NCBI GenBank assembly: GCA_017476665.1
Contig: JAFUZJ010000029.1
Location: 19,331-83,330 of the forward strand
DNA length: 64,000 bases
Origin: Lachnospiraceae bacterium
GTDB lineage: Bacteria; Bacillota; Clostridia; Lachnospirales; Lachnospiraceae
Reading direction: 5' to 3'
Every line of letters starts with the position of its first letter. Within the stretch, counting starts at the first letter, position 1. This document shows positions 43,016 to 51,052 of the stretch, one piece after another. The position numbers and the translations under genes were made by a program. The notes beneath the pieces are model-generated. The model had not been told where the DNA came from. It searched no databases and saw nothing but the letters and a program-made list of their open reading frames with translations.

Positions 43016-44716
43016 ATGGCTTTTACAGTTAGTGTTGGTGAAGCAGATTTTGCGGCTCTTCGTAAAGAAAATGCATACTATGTAGATAAAACCGAACTCA
43101 TGTATGAACTTGTGCATGATACGAATAATAAAGTAACGCTGTTTACCAGACCGAGAAGGTTCGGAAAGACGCTCATGATGAGTATGATGGAGAACTTCTT
43201 CAATATTCGAAAAGACAGCAAGGCTATATTTGCTGGCCTTAATATATTCCAACATGAGTTTTTTTGTAAAGAATGGATGAACCAGTACCCTGTGCTGTTT
43301 GTATCTTTTAAGGATGTTGAGGCTGAAAACTTTGAAGGAGCATATAAAATGCTCAAAACCAAATTGGCAGATGTTTGTAAGGATATAGCATTTGTCTTCA
43401 ATGATGTATCAGTAGACAAGGACGATGAACAGATTTTTTTGAGCCTTAAGGCAAAAACAGCTGACGAAGATGATATAAAGAATTCGCTTAAAACGATTAT
43501 GCGAATGCTGAATGCTGTTTATGGGAAACCGGTCATTCTTTTAATCGACGAGTACGATGTTCCGCTTGCCAAAGCAAGTGAAAAGGATACTGCAGAGAAT
43601 AAATACTATTCTAAAATGCTTGATGTGATCAAGGGAATCATGAGTACGGCGCTTAAGGACAATGAATTTCTGCAATTTGCAGTTATTACAGGATGTCTAA
43701 GGATCGCTAAAGAAAGCATTTTTACGGGTACAAATAATTTTGCGTCTTATTCAGTATTGGATGACGATTTTTCAGAGTATTTTGGCTTTTCAAGAGAGGA
43801 AGTTGATGCCATCCTTGAAGCAGCGGATCGTGATGATAAGGCGGAGATTATCAAGGAGTGGTATGACGGTTACATTTTTGGAAACAGCTATGTGTATTGC
43901 CCTTGGGATGTGATCAACTACCTGTCGGCCCTCAAGAAACGCAAAAATGCCAGACCTAAAAATTACTGGAAAAACACAAGTCATAACGGCATCTTGCTGA
44001 CATTCGTAAAGAGGACGGATTTTAAGGTAAAGGGCAAATTTGAAATGCTGATGAACAGCGGTACAATCGTTCAGACAATCACGGATGAACTAACCTATGA
44101 CACCCTGCATAGCTCAGAGGACAACTTGTGGAGTGTCCTGCTGATGACAGGTTACATCACAAAGGCGGATGCTGATGAAGAGGGGGAAACGGTAAGCCTT
44201 AAAATCCCAAACAGGGAGATTGCGTCCATCTTCGAGGATACGGTCGTCAAGCTTTTCAAGGAAACGATAGACACGAACAAGCAGAGAAACATGATGGAGG
44301 CGTTTTGGAATCAGGACACTGAAGAAGCTGGAAGAATAGTGTCGGAACTACTCTGGAAGACGATCAGCTATAACGATTACCACGAGGACTATTACCACGC
44401 ATTCCTTGCTGGAGCGTTTGTAGGGATAGGCTATGAGGTGGAGTCCAACAAGGAAAGAAGGTCAAAAGATGTGCCTTCGCACATCTTTGGCAGACCAGAC
44501 ATACTGCTGAAGGATGAGGACAATCGGCGAGCCATCATCATAGAGGCGAAAAAGTCGGGCAAAGAATCCGACATGGATAAGGATTGTGATGAGGCAATCG
44601 ACCAGATCATCACGGAAAAGTATGCGGAGGGAATTTATGGCTACGAGCAGATACTTTGCTATGGCGTGTCTTTCTTCCAGAAGCAGGCAAAGGTGAAGTT
44701 GCTGCTTAAGAAATAG
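43016..44716 (+). CDS. Predicted AAA-ATPase (PF09820-like) fused to a PD-(D/E)XK nuclease-like domain (PDDEXK_9-like)
   Basis: The ATG at 43016 follows AAAGGAGG. FAALRKENAYYVDKTELMYELVHDTNNKVTLFTRPRRFGKTLMMSMMENFFN is the N-terminal signature. The C-terminal block is GRPDILLKDEDNRRAIIIEAKKSGKES...AIDQIITEKYAEG. Confidence 0.8.
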   Translation: MAFTVSVGEADFAALRKENAYYVDKTELMYELVHDTNNKVTLFTRPRRFGKTLMMSMMENFFNIRKDSKAIFAGLNIFQHEFFCKEWMNQYPVLFVSFKDVEAENFEGAYKMLKTKLADVCKDIAFVFNDVSVDKDDEQIFLSLKAKTADEDDIKNSLKTIMRMLNAVYGKPVILLIDEYDVPLAKASEKDTAENKYYSKMLDVIKGIMSTALKDNEFLQFAVITGCLRIAKESIFTGTNNFASYSVLDDDFSEYFGFSREEVDAILEAADRDDKAEIIKEWYDGYIFGNSYVYCPWDVINYLSALKKRKNARPKNYWKNTSHNGILLTFVKRTDFKVKGKFEMLMNSGTIVQTITDELTYDTLHSSEDNLWSVLLMTGYITKADADEEGETVSLKIPNREIASIFEDTVVKLFKETIDTNKQRNMMEAFWNQDTEEAGRIVSELLWKTISYNDYHEDYYHAFLAGAFVGIGYEVESNKERRSKDVPSHIFGRPDILLKDEDNRRAIIIEAKKSGKESDMDKDCDEAIDQIITEKYAEGIYGYEQILCYGVSFFQKQAKVKLLLKK

Positions 44717-44860
44717 ATTTATAGAATTTTTAGAATACCGATGGTTGATTGCATACGAAATAATACGGATATTAAGGAGCGCAATTTTGCCATGTGCAGA
44801 CCATATGTAAGCCATAAACACCCAGAGGAGATTAAAGGAGCCGAAGCAACGGAATCTGTG

Positions 44861-45530
44861 ATGAAAACCCCTTTGATTTCCGTAATCGTACCCATATATA
44901 ACGCATCACCATATCTGGAAAAATCTATGGGAAGTCTATGTGCGCAGTCACACGAAAACCTCGAGATTATCGCTGTGGATGACGGGTCGTCGGATGACTC
45001 CTTTAAGGTACTTAAGGAAATGGCTCTTCAGGACAAAATAGCGAATACATTGGCTTTATGGAAGCCGAGTCTCAGATTCTGTCCTGCGAAGAGGATGAGA
45101 ATGGAAATCTTATAAAGGCATTTGGTGAGGGCTTTGACAAAAGGAGAGGGACATTAATAAGGATTTTAAACTCCTTGTAAAAATGAATGAGAAATTTAGG
45201 AATCTGAAAGTCGTCCCCAGGCCTGGTACCATTTATGAAAATGCTATGGACAATGCGGGAGGGATGCTGGTACTTACTGCCAGAAATTATCCAGACCTCT
45301 ATCAGGAGGCTGTTCATTTTTACTGTATCCAAGCAATGTGGTTTCTGCTTCATATCCCCGTTTCCGAAATGAGAGAGGATAATGGTCTTTATATGAGGGT
45401 CATGGAATATTTAAGGGGTCTGCGCAGGTTTATTTTGACAGATAAATATATGCCCCTTAAGTATAAAAGAGACCTGCTTGTTTTTGCCTGCCTTCCGGCA
45501 AAAAAAGTCAAAACCCTGCATAAAAAATGA
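44861..45530 (+). pseudogene. Disrupted family-2 glycosyltransferase gene (internal deletion plus frameshifts)
   Basis: The intact GT2 N-terminus MKTPLISVIVPIYNASPYLEKSMGSLCAQSHENLEIIAVDDGSSDDS breaks off after about 75 aa. GT2-tail-like sequence then continues in two other frames (FMEAESQILSCEEDENGNLIKAFGEGF, then the 45183..45530 ORF). The DxD catalytic core is absent. Confidence 0.7.
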
Positions 45531-45764
45531 TTCTATTATTAGAGAGATGTATTAGGTTTTGAAATTAAGGAAACTGCAAACATATATTAGCCGATAGGCA
45601 GAGAGGAGGTTTTTAAAATTGAATATCGTTGCCGCAGGCGGCGGTGATTGATCTATTCAGATTTATCGTCACCGTCTTTTTTATTTGTAAACGCTAGATA
45701 CGGCACATCAAATGAAAGATTAGGATTGGTTTCAGTTAGAGAATGAGGGGAAGTACGAGGAGAA

Positions 45765-46400
45765 ATGAGCACATATTTTAAATCGGCAAGAAAGAAGATG
45801 CTGCCAATGGCTTTGATCGCGGGCATATGTATCCTGTTTGCCTTCACAGCGTTAGCGGTGAATATAAAGCTTGGGAATCTGCCCATATGGGGATATCTGA
45901 TGTTTGGGCTTTTTATTCTGGTGGGGCTGAACGAATGGCGTCCGCTTTTACTGTTAAAGCGTGATTACAGGCAAATGGTAAAAAAATATGATCTGAACAG
46001 TGAAATGATTGCCGAAAACTTAGGGGCAGGGAAAGGGTATGATGGAGCGAGGCTTGGAAACCGGTATCTGTTTGCATATAACAGTAAGGAATGCAAGCTG
46101 TTTTTGTTAGAGCAGCTTGTGTGGATCTATCCGCATGTCACGAATGTGTCGCAGAAAGCTTTGGGAATGACGGTGTCGAATACGGCGCAGCTTGCTGTGG
46201 CGGTTGTTGACAGGGAGCGCAAAAGTATTGTCATCCCGGTGAAGGATACGGAGGAGCAGGGCAAACTGTTGACGGAACTATACCAAAGAGTGCCTTATGC
46301 GGTTCATGGGTATGATGCAAAGGTACAACAGCTTGTGTCCAGAAATTTTGACCGGCTTGTAGGTTTCGTGGAAGAACAGAAGAAAAAACAGGGAATGTGA
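45765..46400 (+). CDS. Two-TM membrane protein with a cytoplasmic C-terminal domain
   Basis: RBS GAGGAGA. The TM pair is MLPMALIAGICILFAFTALAV / IWGYLMFGLFILVGL. I recognise no family. Confidence 0.5.
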   Translation: MSTYFKSARKKMLPMALIAGICILFAFTALAVNIKLGNLPIWGYLMFGLFILVGLNEWRPLLLLKRDYRQMVKKYDLNSEMIAENLGAGKGYDGARLGNRYLFAYNSKECKLFLLEQLVWIYPHVTNVSQKALGMTVSNTAQLAVAVVDRERKSIVIPVKDTEEQGKLLTELYQRVPYAVHGYDAKVQQLVSRNFDRLVGFVEEQKKKQGM

Positions 46401-46416
46401 CGGGAGAAAAGGAACT

Positions 46417-46977
46417 ATGAGGATACTGATTCGTTTCGTTTTGATTTTATTGATTCTGGTGATTGCTAAGATTGTGAGTGTGGTTGCAGAGGCGCGGGGG
46501 AAGACAACGGACGCGGAGGTGGAACAGGAGAGCGGAAAGCACATTCTTGTACCGCAGATCGGAGGATTACGGTTTATTGAGGGCTTTATTGTGTTGGTGA
46601 TATTGGTCTGTCTGATCGCGGCGGTTGCCTGCGTCATTATCCGGGTAAGGGGAATGTCGGAGGATGACAGCCTGTTTTATCTGGCGGGGTTCTTCGTGTT
46701 TCTGGGTGTCATGATGCTTGTGACAATTGTAGTCTGTGAAAAGAGTGCGGGGAAAAATTATATTTTGTATGACGAGGGCGGAATAGAACTGCACACCGCC
46801 AGGGAGACAAAGCGTGTGGCATGGGAGCAGATCGACAGTGTGCAGGTTCAGGGGAATGCTTTTTTAGTAGCAATGAGTAATCAGCAGATCTTGATCAATG
46901 GGAATTTTACATGGAGAGGAGCCAAGCAGTTTGTGCGGTTTGCGAAGGATAGAATGAATGGGATATATTCCCTTTGA
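46417..46977 (+). CDS. Multi-TM protein with a bacterial-PH-like C-terminal domain
   Basis: It has three hydrophobic segments. NYILYDEGGIELHTARETKRVAWEQIDSVQVQGNAFLV then resembles bPH/YdbT-like domains, a tentative call. It starts 16 nt after the previous gene. Confidence 0.45.
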   Translation: MRILIRFVLILLILVIAKIVSVVAEARGKTTDAEVEQESGKHILVPQIGGLRFIEGFIVLVILVCLIAAVACVIIRVRGMSEDDSLFYLAGFFVFLGVMMLVTIVVCEKSAGKNYILYDEGGIELHTARETKRVAWEQIDSVQVQGNAFLVAMSNQQILINGNFTWRGAKQFVRFAKDRMNGIYSL

Positions 46978-47227
46978 GAACTCTTGGATCTGTGTGGGGC
47001 GAAGGAACACTTCGCCTCGATTTTTTGTATTAGCATTTTTGGGCAGAACCAGTGAAAAGTTTGCGGGTAAGCTATATATTTTATGAAAAATGATGCGAAA
47101 AAGATGCATGCATGATGCAGGAAAGAAGCGTAGGCGTGGTAAATTTATGATAGCTGATTGAAAAAGCTAATACCGAATTGCGCAATGGTGTAGTGTAAAA
47201 AATCGGAAAGAGATCCGTGATAAAACT

Positions 47228-48478
47228 GTGGAAAAATTTATGAAAGAGATGGGGGAAGGTTGTATCAAAAAATTCATATGGCTGATTTGGATTTTCCTAT
47301 TTTTTGCAATGGGATGTGTACAGAAGAAAGCAGAAATAGAAGAAATAAATTCAGAAATAAATATTATATCTTCCTCGGATAAAAGTGATTATGCCAACGC
47401 AGAGGATGTAGCGGCAGCGTATCATGATATTTATGATGATGCGGTGGAAACAAATACGTTGGGGACTTTGGAAGTGACACAGCGCATCATTTCCAGACTT
47501 GGGGAAAATGGTTATATAGCGGTCGACAGTCAAAATCAGGTTGATATGGTTGGGGCAGAGCGGGCAGTGGAGTTCTGTAGAGCTGTGGATGAAAAGAAAG
47601 AGGATAAAATTTCGATCATCGTGATATTGGGATTGGGGTTTCGCAAATTTGATCTGACAACAGAGGAGGGAAACGTTAATGTTGTCAGGGGATATTACCA
47701 GTATGACAAAGATGGATATCTCGAAAACAGAAGTACGGTAAGTTATTGGGCTGATAAATGGCAATATACAGAGGAAGGATATTTGCTTTTTGAAGGAAGT
47801 TATTTCTCGAATGAAAACATGCTTACATTAAGCGATGCGCAGGAGCAGACTGCCATACGAATAGCGCCGTTAGACGAAACATGCAGGGAATTAAACCGGG
47901 CGTATATTTTGCCGATTGGATATCAGCGGAATAATATGTTTCTCATGGATTGGAGCGAGGATCAATTTGGAAAATTAGATTTTTATGATATTTTTGATGT
48001 CTTTTATCCGGTATTAAATAAACAACCGGTTCCTTATGCCGCAGACGAGAATTTAGGAATTGGCACGGTTTATCAGATACCTGAAGACGAGTTTGAAACT
48101 GTTGTTATGGCTTATTTCGAGATAGACAAGGAAATGCTTCGGTCAAAAACAACGTATTCTTTGGAGAATGCAGCATATGAATATAGACCGCGAGGCTTTT
48201 ATGAGATGGAATATCCTGATCTTCCCTATCCGGAGGTAGTGAGCTATACAGAAAATCGGGATGGAACCATCACGCTTATCATCCATGCAGTATATCCGCA
48301 AGGAGGAACATCCAAATTATTTTCACATAAAACGGTAATCCGTCCACTCAAAGAGGATCATTATCAGTATGTATCAAATCAGGTGATTTCACCGGAAGAT
48401 GATTATGATATCCGGTGGCATTCAGACCGTTTGACAGAGGAGGAATGGGAACAGATTTATGGAGGAAATGAAGAGTGA
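47228..48478 (+). CDS. Lipoprotein, member 1 of a tandem paralog pair
   Basis: The lipobox is IFLFFAMGC. The start is ambiguous (GTG 47228, ATG 47240 or ATG 47249). It shares LPIGYQRNNMF / PYPEVVSYTENRDGTITLIIHAV blocks with the next gene. Confidence 0.6.
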   Translation: MEKFMKEMGEGCIKKFIWLIWIFLFFAMGCVQKKAEIEEINSEINIISSSDKSDYANAEDVAAAYHDIYDDAVETNTLGTLEVTQRIISRLGENGYIAVDSQNQVDMVGAERAVEFCRAVDEKKEDKISIIVILGLGFRKFDLTTEEGNVNVVRGYYQYDKDGYLENRSTVSYWADKWQYTEEGYLLFEGSYFSNENMLTLSDAQEQTAIRIAPLDETCRELNRAYILPIGYQRNNMFLMDWSEDQFGKLDFYDIFDVFYPVLNKQPVPYAADENLGIGTVYQIPEDEFETVVMAYFEIDKEMLRSKTTYSLENAAYEYRPRGFYEMEYPDLPYPEVVSYTENRDGTITLIIHAVYPQGGTSKLFSHKTVIRPLKEDHYQYVSNQVISPEDDYDIRWHSDRLTEEEWEQIYGGNEE

Positions 48479-49722
48479 AAAAACGTAGAACTTTCATGGC
48501 CGTAAAAAAACAAGGAGTCTTTTTCCTGATGTTATTAGTAGTGATAGCAGGAGGGGTGGCTGTAGGACAGTGGTATAGAGAAGGAAAAGCAGATTCAGAA
48601 GAATCAGAAGGTGAGAAAGAATTAAAAGCATTAATGGCAAAGGGTTATAATCTGCCTGTGGATATTGACGAGAAGGAAGAAGCAGAAACAGAAGGGCATG
48701 TGGTAATGGAACTGATTGCAGACATTTATGTCAATGCAGATAAAGGGGATGCTTCAAATGTTACGATTTCAGATGAAACAATTTTGCGGATGGCAGAACG
48801 GATAGGGGAAAAGGGGGATCCGGCTACTGCCGTTAAAACATATTTTAGCATGAGAAACTATAAGAAAGTAGACAAGTTTTTAGAAAACTCTATCAATGGG
48901 GAAAGCGGATCAGTTGCGCTATATACCATTCGCTCCGATGGAGGGATAAGCAGAAATAAATATATTTATGATGGGTCGGATATGTATGTGCTAACTGCCA
49001 TCTATTCGTGGGGTGATGCGGATGAAGCAATGCTTACGAATATAAGTTATACAAGAATGAAAAAATGGAGCTATTCTGAAAAAGGCTGGTTTTGTTATGA
49101 ATTATGTGTACCGACATATCCTGAAGTATCAGAAATAGTTGATGGAAGCAATCTGCTCAGAGTGCAGCCTATGTCGGAAGAACTTCGTGAACTTTCGGAA
49201 AAATATGTTCTCGGATTAGGGTATCAGGGAAATAATGTGCTGTGTTCAAATTGGGATTTGAACCATTTGGACATATTGGATTACAATGGATTATTTGAAT
49301 ATTTATATGTAATGAAATATGAAGAGGAGTTTCCTTCTGAGGACTACTCCGATGGGATCCCGAAAGAGGAATTTGAGAATCTGATCATGGAATATATTCC
49401 GGTAGCAAAAGAAAAGATTATGAAGTATGCAGTATTCGATGAAGAAAAGCAGACGTACACTTGGGTTAGATTAGGGTGTTTCAATTACACACCTACTTTT
49501 TTCGCGACATCGGTTCCGGAGGTTACAAAAGTAAAGGAAAATGAAGACGGAACGATGACATTGACGGTAGATGCCGTATGTGAAATGGTTTTATGTGATG
49601 ATGCGGTGATCACGCATGAGCTTACCTTAAAATTTGAAGAAGACGGAAGTTTTCAATATATCAGCAATGAAATTCTGAATAATGGAATAGAAAAAATACC
49701 AGAGTATCAGTATCGTATTTAG
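48475..49722 (+). CDS. TM-anchored protein, member 2 of the tandem paralog pair
   Basis: The GTG start overlaps the upstream stop (GTGA), with GGAGGA 9 nt upstream. The TM segment is VFFLMLLVVIAGGVAV. The paralog blocks are LGLGYQGNNVL / SVPEVTKVKENEDGTMTLTVDAV. Confidence 0.6.
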   Translation: MKKRRTFMAVKKQGVFFLMLLVVIAGGVAVGQWYREGKADSEESEGEKELKALMAKGYNLPVDIDEKEEAETEGHVVMELIADIYVNADKGDASNVTISDETILRMAERIGEKGDPATAVKTYFSMRNYKKVDKFLENSINGESGSVALYTIRSDGGISRNKYIYDGSDMYVLTAIYSWGDADEAMLTNISYTRMKKWSYSEKGWFCYELCVPTYPEVSEIVDGSNLLRVQPMSEELRELSEKYVLGLGYQGNNVLCSNWDLNHLDILDYNGLFEYLYVMKYEEEFPSEDYSDGIPKEEFENLIMEYIPVAKEKIMKYAVFDEEKQTYTWVRLGCFNYTPTFFATSVPEVTKVKENEDGTMTLTVDAVCEMVLCDDAVITHELTLKFEEDGSFQYISNEILNNGIEKIPEYQYRI

Positions 49723-49827
49723 TTTAGATTATGCAGAAAATTCAGGTCATTATGCGATAAAAAAATCATTTCTCAAAACGCATGATCTATGATACAATAT
49801 CTCTGATTAAATCTGGAGAAATGTAAC

Positions 49828-50379
49828 ATGAATGACATGAAAATGTTGTGGCAGCTGTATTGGGCCTTTCTGCGGATCGGCGGTCTGACCTTCGGCGGTG
49901 GACTGACCATGCTGCCTATGCTGAAATACGAGTTGGTAGAGAAAAAGAATTGGATCACAGAGGAAGAGCTGGTGGACTGCTATGCCATCGGACAGTGTAC
50001 GCCGGGTATTATTGCGGTGAATACAGCGACCTTTGTGGGCTATAAGAAAAAAGGAGTGGCAGGCGGAATTTTCTCCACGTTGGGGATGGTGACGCCGTCT
50101 CTTGTGATCATCACGCTGGTTGCCGCCTGTCTGGAGAATTTCATGGACAATGTCTGGCTGCAGCATGCGCTGATGGGCGTGCGGGGCATTGTCTGCGCGC
50201 TGATGCTCAACACGGTGATCACATTGGCACGAAAGAGCCTGGTGGACGGATTCTGCTGTGTCATGTGCGGAATCGTGCTGTTGATCTGTCTGTTGACGGA
50301 TATCCCGACGATCCTGATCGTAGTGGTTTCTGCCATATGTGGAATCATATGGGGGAAAATACGGGAGGCAAAATTATGA
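49828..50379 (+). CDS. chrA: Chromate transporter family protein, short-chain half 1
   Basis: FLRIGGLTFGGGLTMLPMLKYELVEKKNWITEEELVDCYAIGQCTPG is the CHR-domain signature. Confidence 0.85.
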   Translation: MNDMKMLWQLYWAFLRIGGLTFGGGLTMLPMLKYELVEKKNWITEEELVDCYAIGQCTPGIIAVNTATFVGYKKKGVAGGIFSTLGMVTPSLVIITLVAACLENFMDNVWLQHALMGVRGIVCALMLNTVITLARKSLVDGFCCVMCGIVLLICLLTDIPTILIVVVSAICGIIWGKIREAKL

Positions 50380-50936
50380 TGCAGACGGCGCTGGAGCTCT
50401 TTTGGGAGTTTTTTAAGATCGGTCTGTTTGCGGTGGGCGGTGGACCGGCCACGCTTCCTTTCCTGATGGAACTGACGAAAGTCAAACCGTGGTACACAAT
50501 GGAGCAGTTGACCAATATGATCGCGATCAGCGAATCCACGCCGGGACCGCTGGGGCTAAATATGTCCACCTATGCAGGATTTCAGGCGCTGGGGCTTTTC
50601 GGCGGATTGGTTTCTTCTTTTGGATTGGTGCTGCCCAGCGTGATCATTATTATTTTGATCGCACGTTTCCTGGATAACTTCAGTCAGAACCCCTATGTAA
50701 AAGCCGCTTTTTACGGCGTGCGGCCGGCGGTGACGGCACTGATCGCAGCGGCAGTCCTGGGGTTGTGCAGGGTATCACTGTTTGTGGAGCGCAACGGGAA
50801 TCTGACGCCGGCGGTGGGGTCTGTGATCATAGCTGTTGTGGTGTTTGGTCTGCTACAGGTGAAGCGGTTAAAGAAGTTTCACCCCGCACTGTGGTTTCTG
50901 GTGGGAGCAGTTATCGGTATAGTGTTCCGGTTATAA
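50376..50936 (+). CDS. chrA: Chromate transporter family protein, short-chain half 2
   Basis: It shares an ATGA start/stop overlap with the upstream gene. FFKIGLFAVGGGPATLPFLMEL...ISESTPGP is the CHR-domain signature. The track ORF from 50265 is an upstream extension. Confidence 0.85.
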   Translation: MMQTALELFWEFFKIGLFAVGGGPATLPFLMELTKVKPWYTMEQLTNMIAISESTPGPLGLNMSTYAGFQALGLFGGLVSSFGLVLPSVIIIILIARFLDNFSQNPYVKAAFYGVRPAVTALIAAAVLGLCRVSLFVERNGNLTPAVGSVIIAVVVFGLLQVKRLKKFHPALWFLVGAVIGIVFRL

Positions 50937-51052
50937 ATGCAAAAAAGAACTAATTAACACAAAAAAACAGTGTTTTAAGGGGAAGTATACAAATATATCC
51001 TAGAAAAATACAGAGAATTTGTTTTATCATACGGTTAAAGGAGGATAACAGC

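Noticed and set aside
45653-45886. Minus-strand 77-codon ORF overlapping the start of the 45765 gene.
   Set aside because: It has no RBS. It overlaps a plus-strand gene with a good RBS and clear TM topology, and its sequence has no recognisable features.
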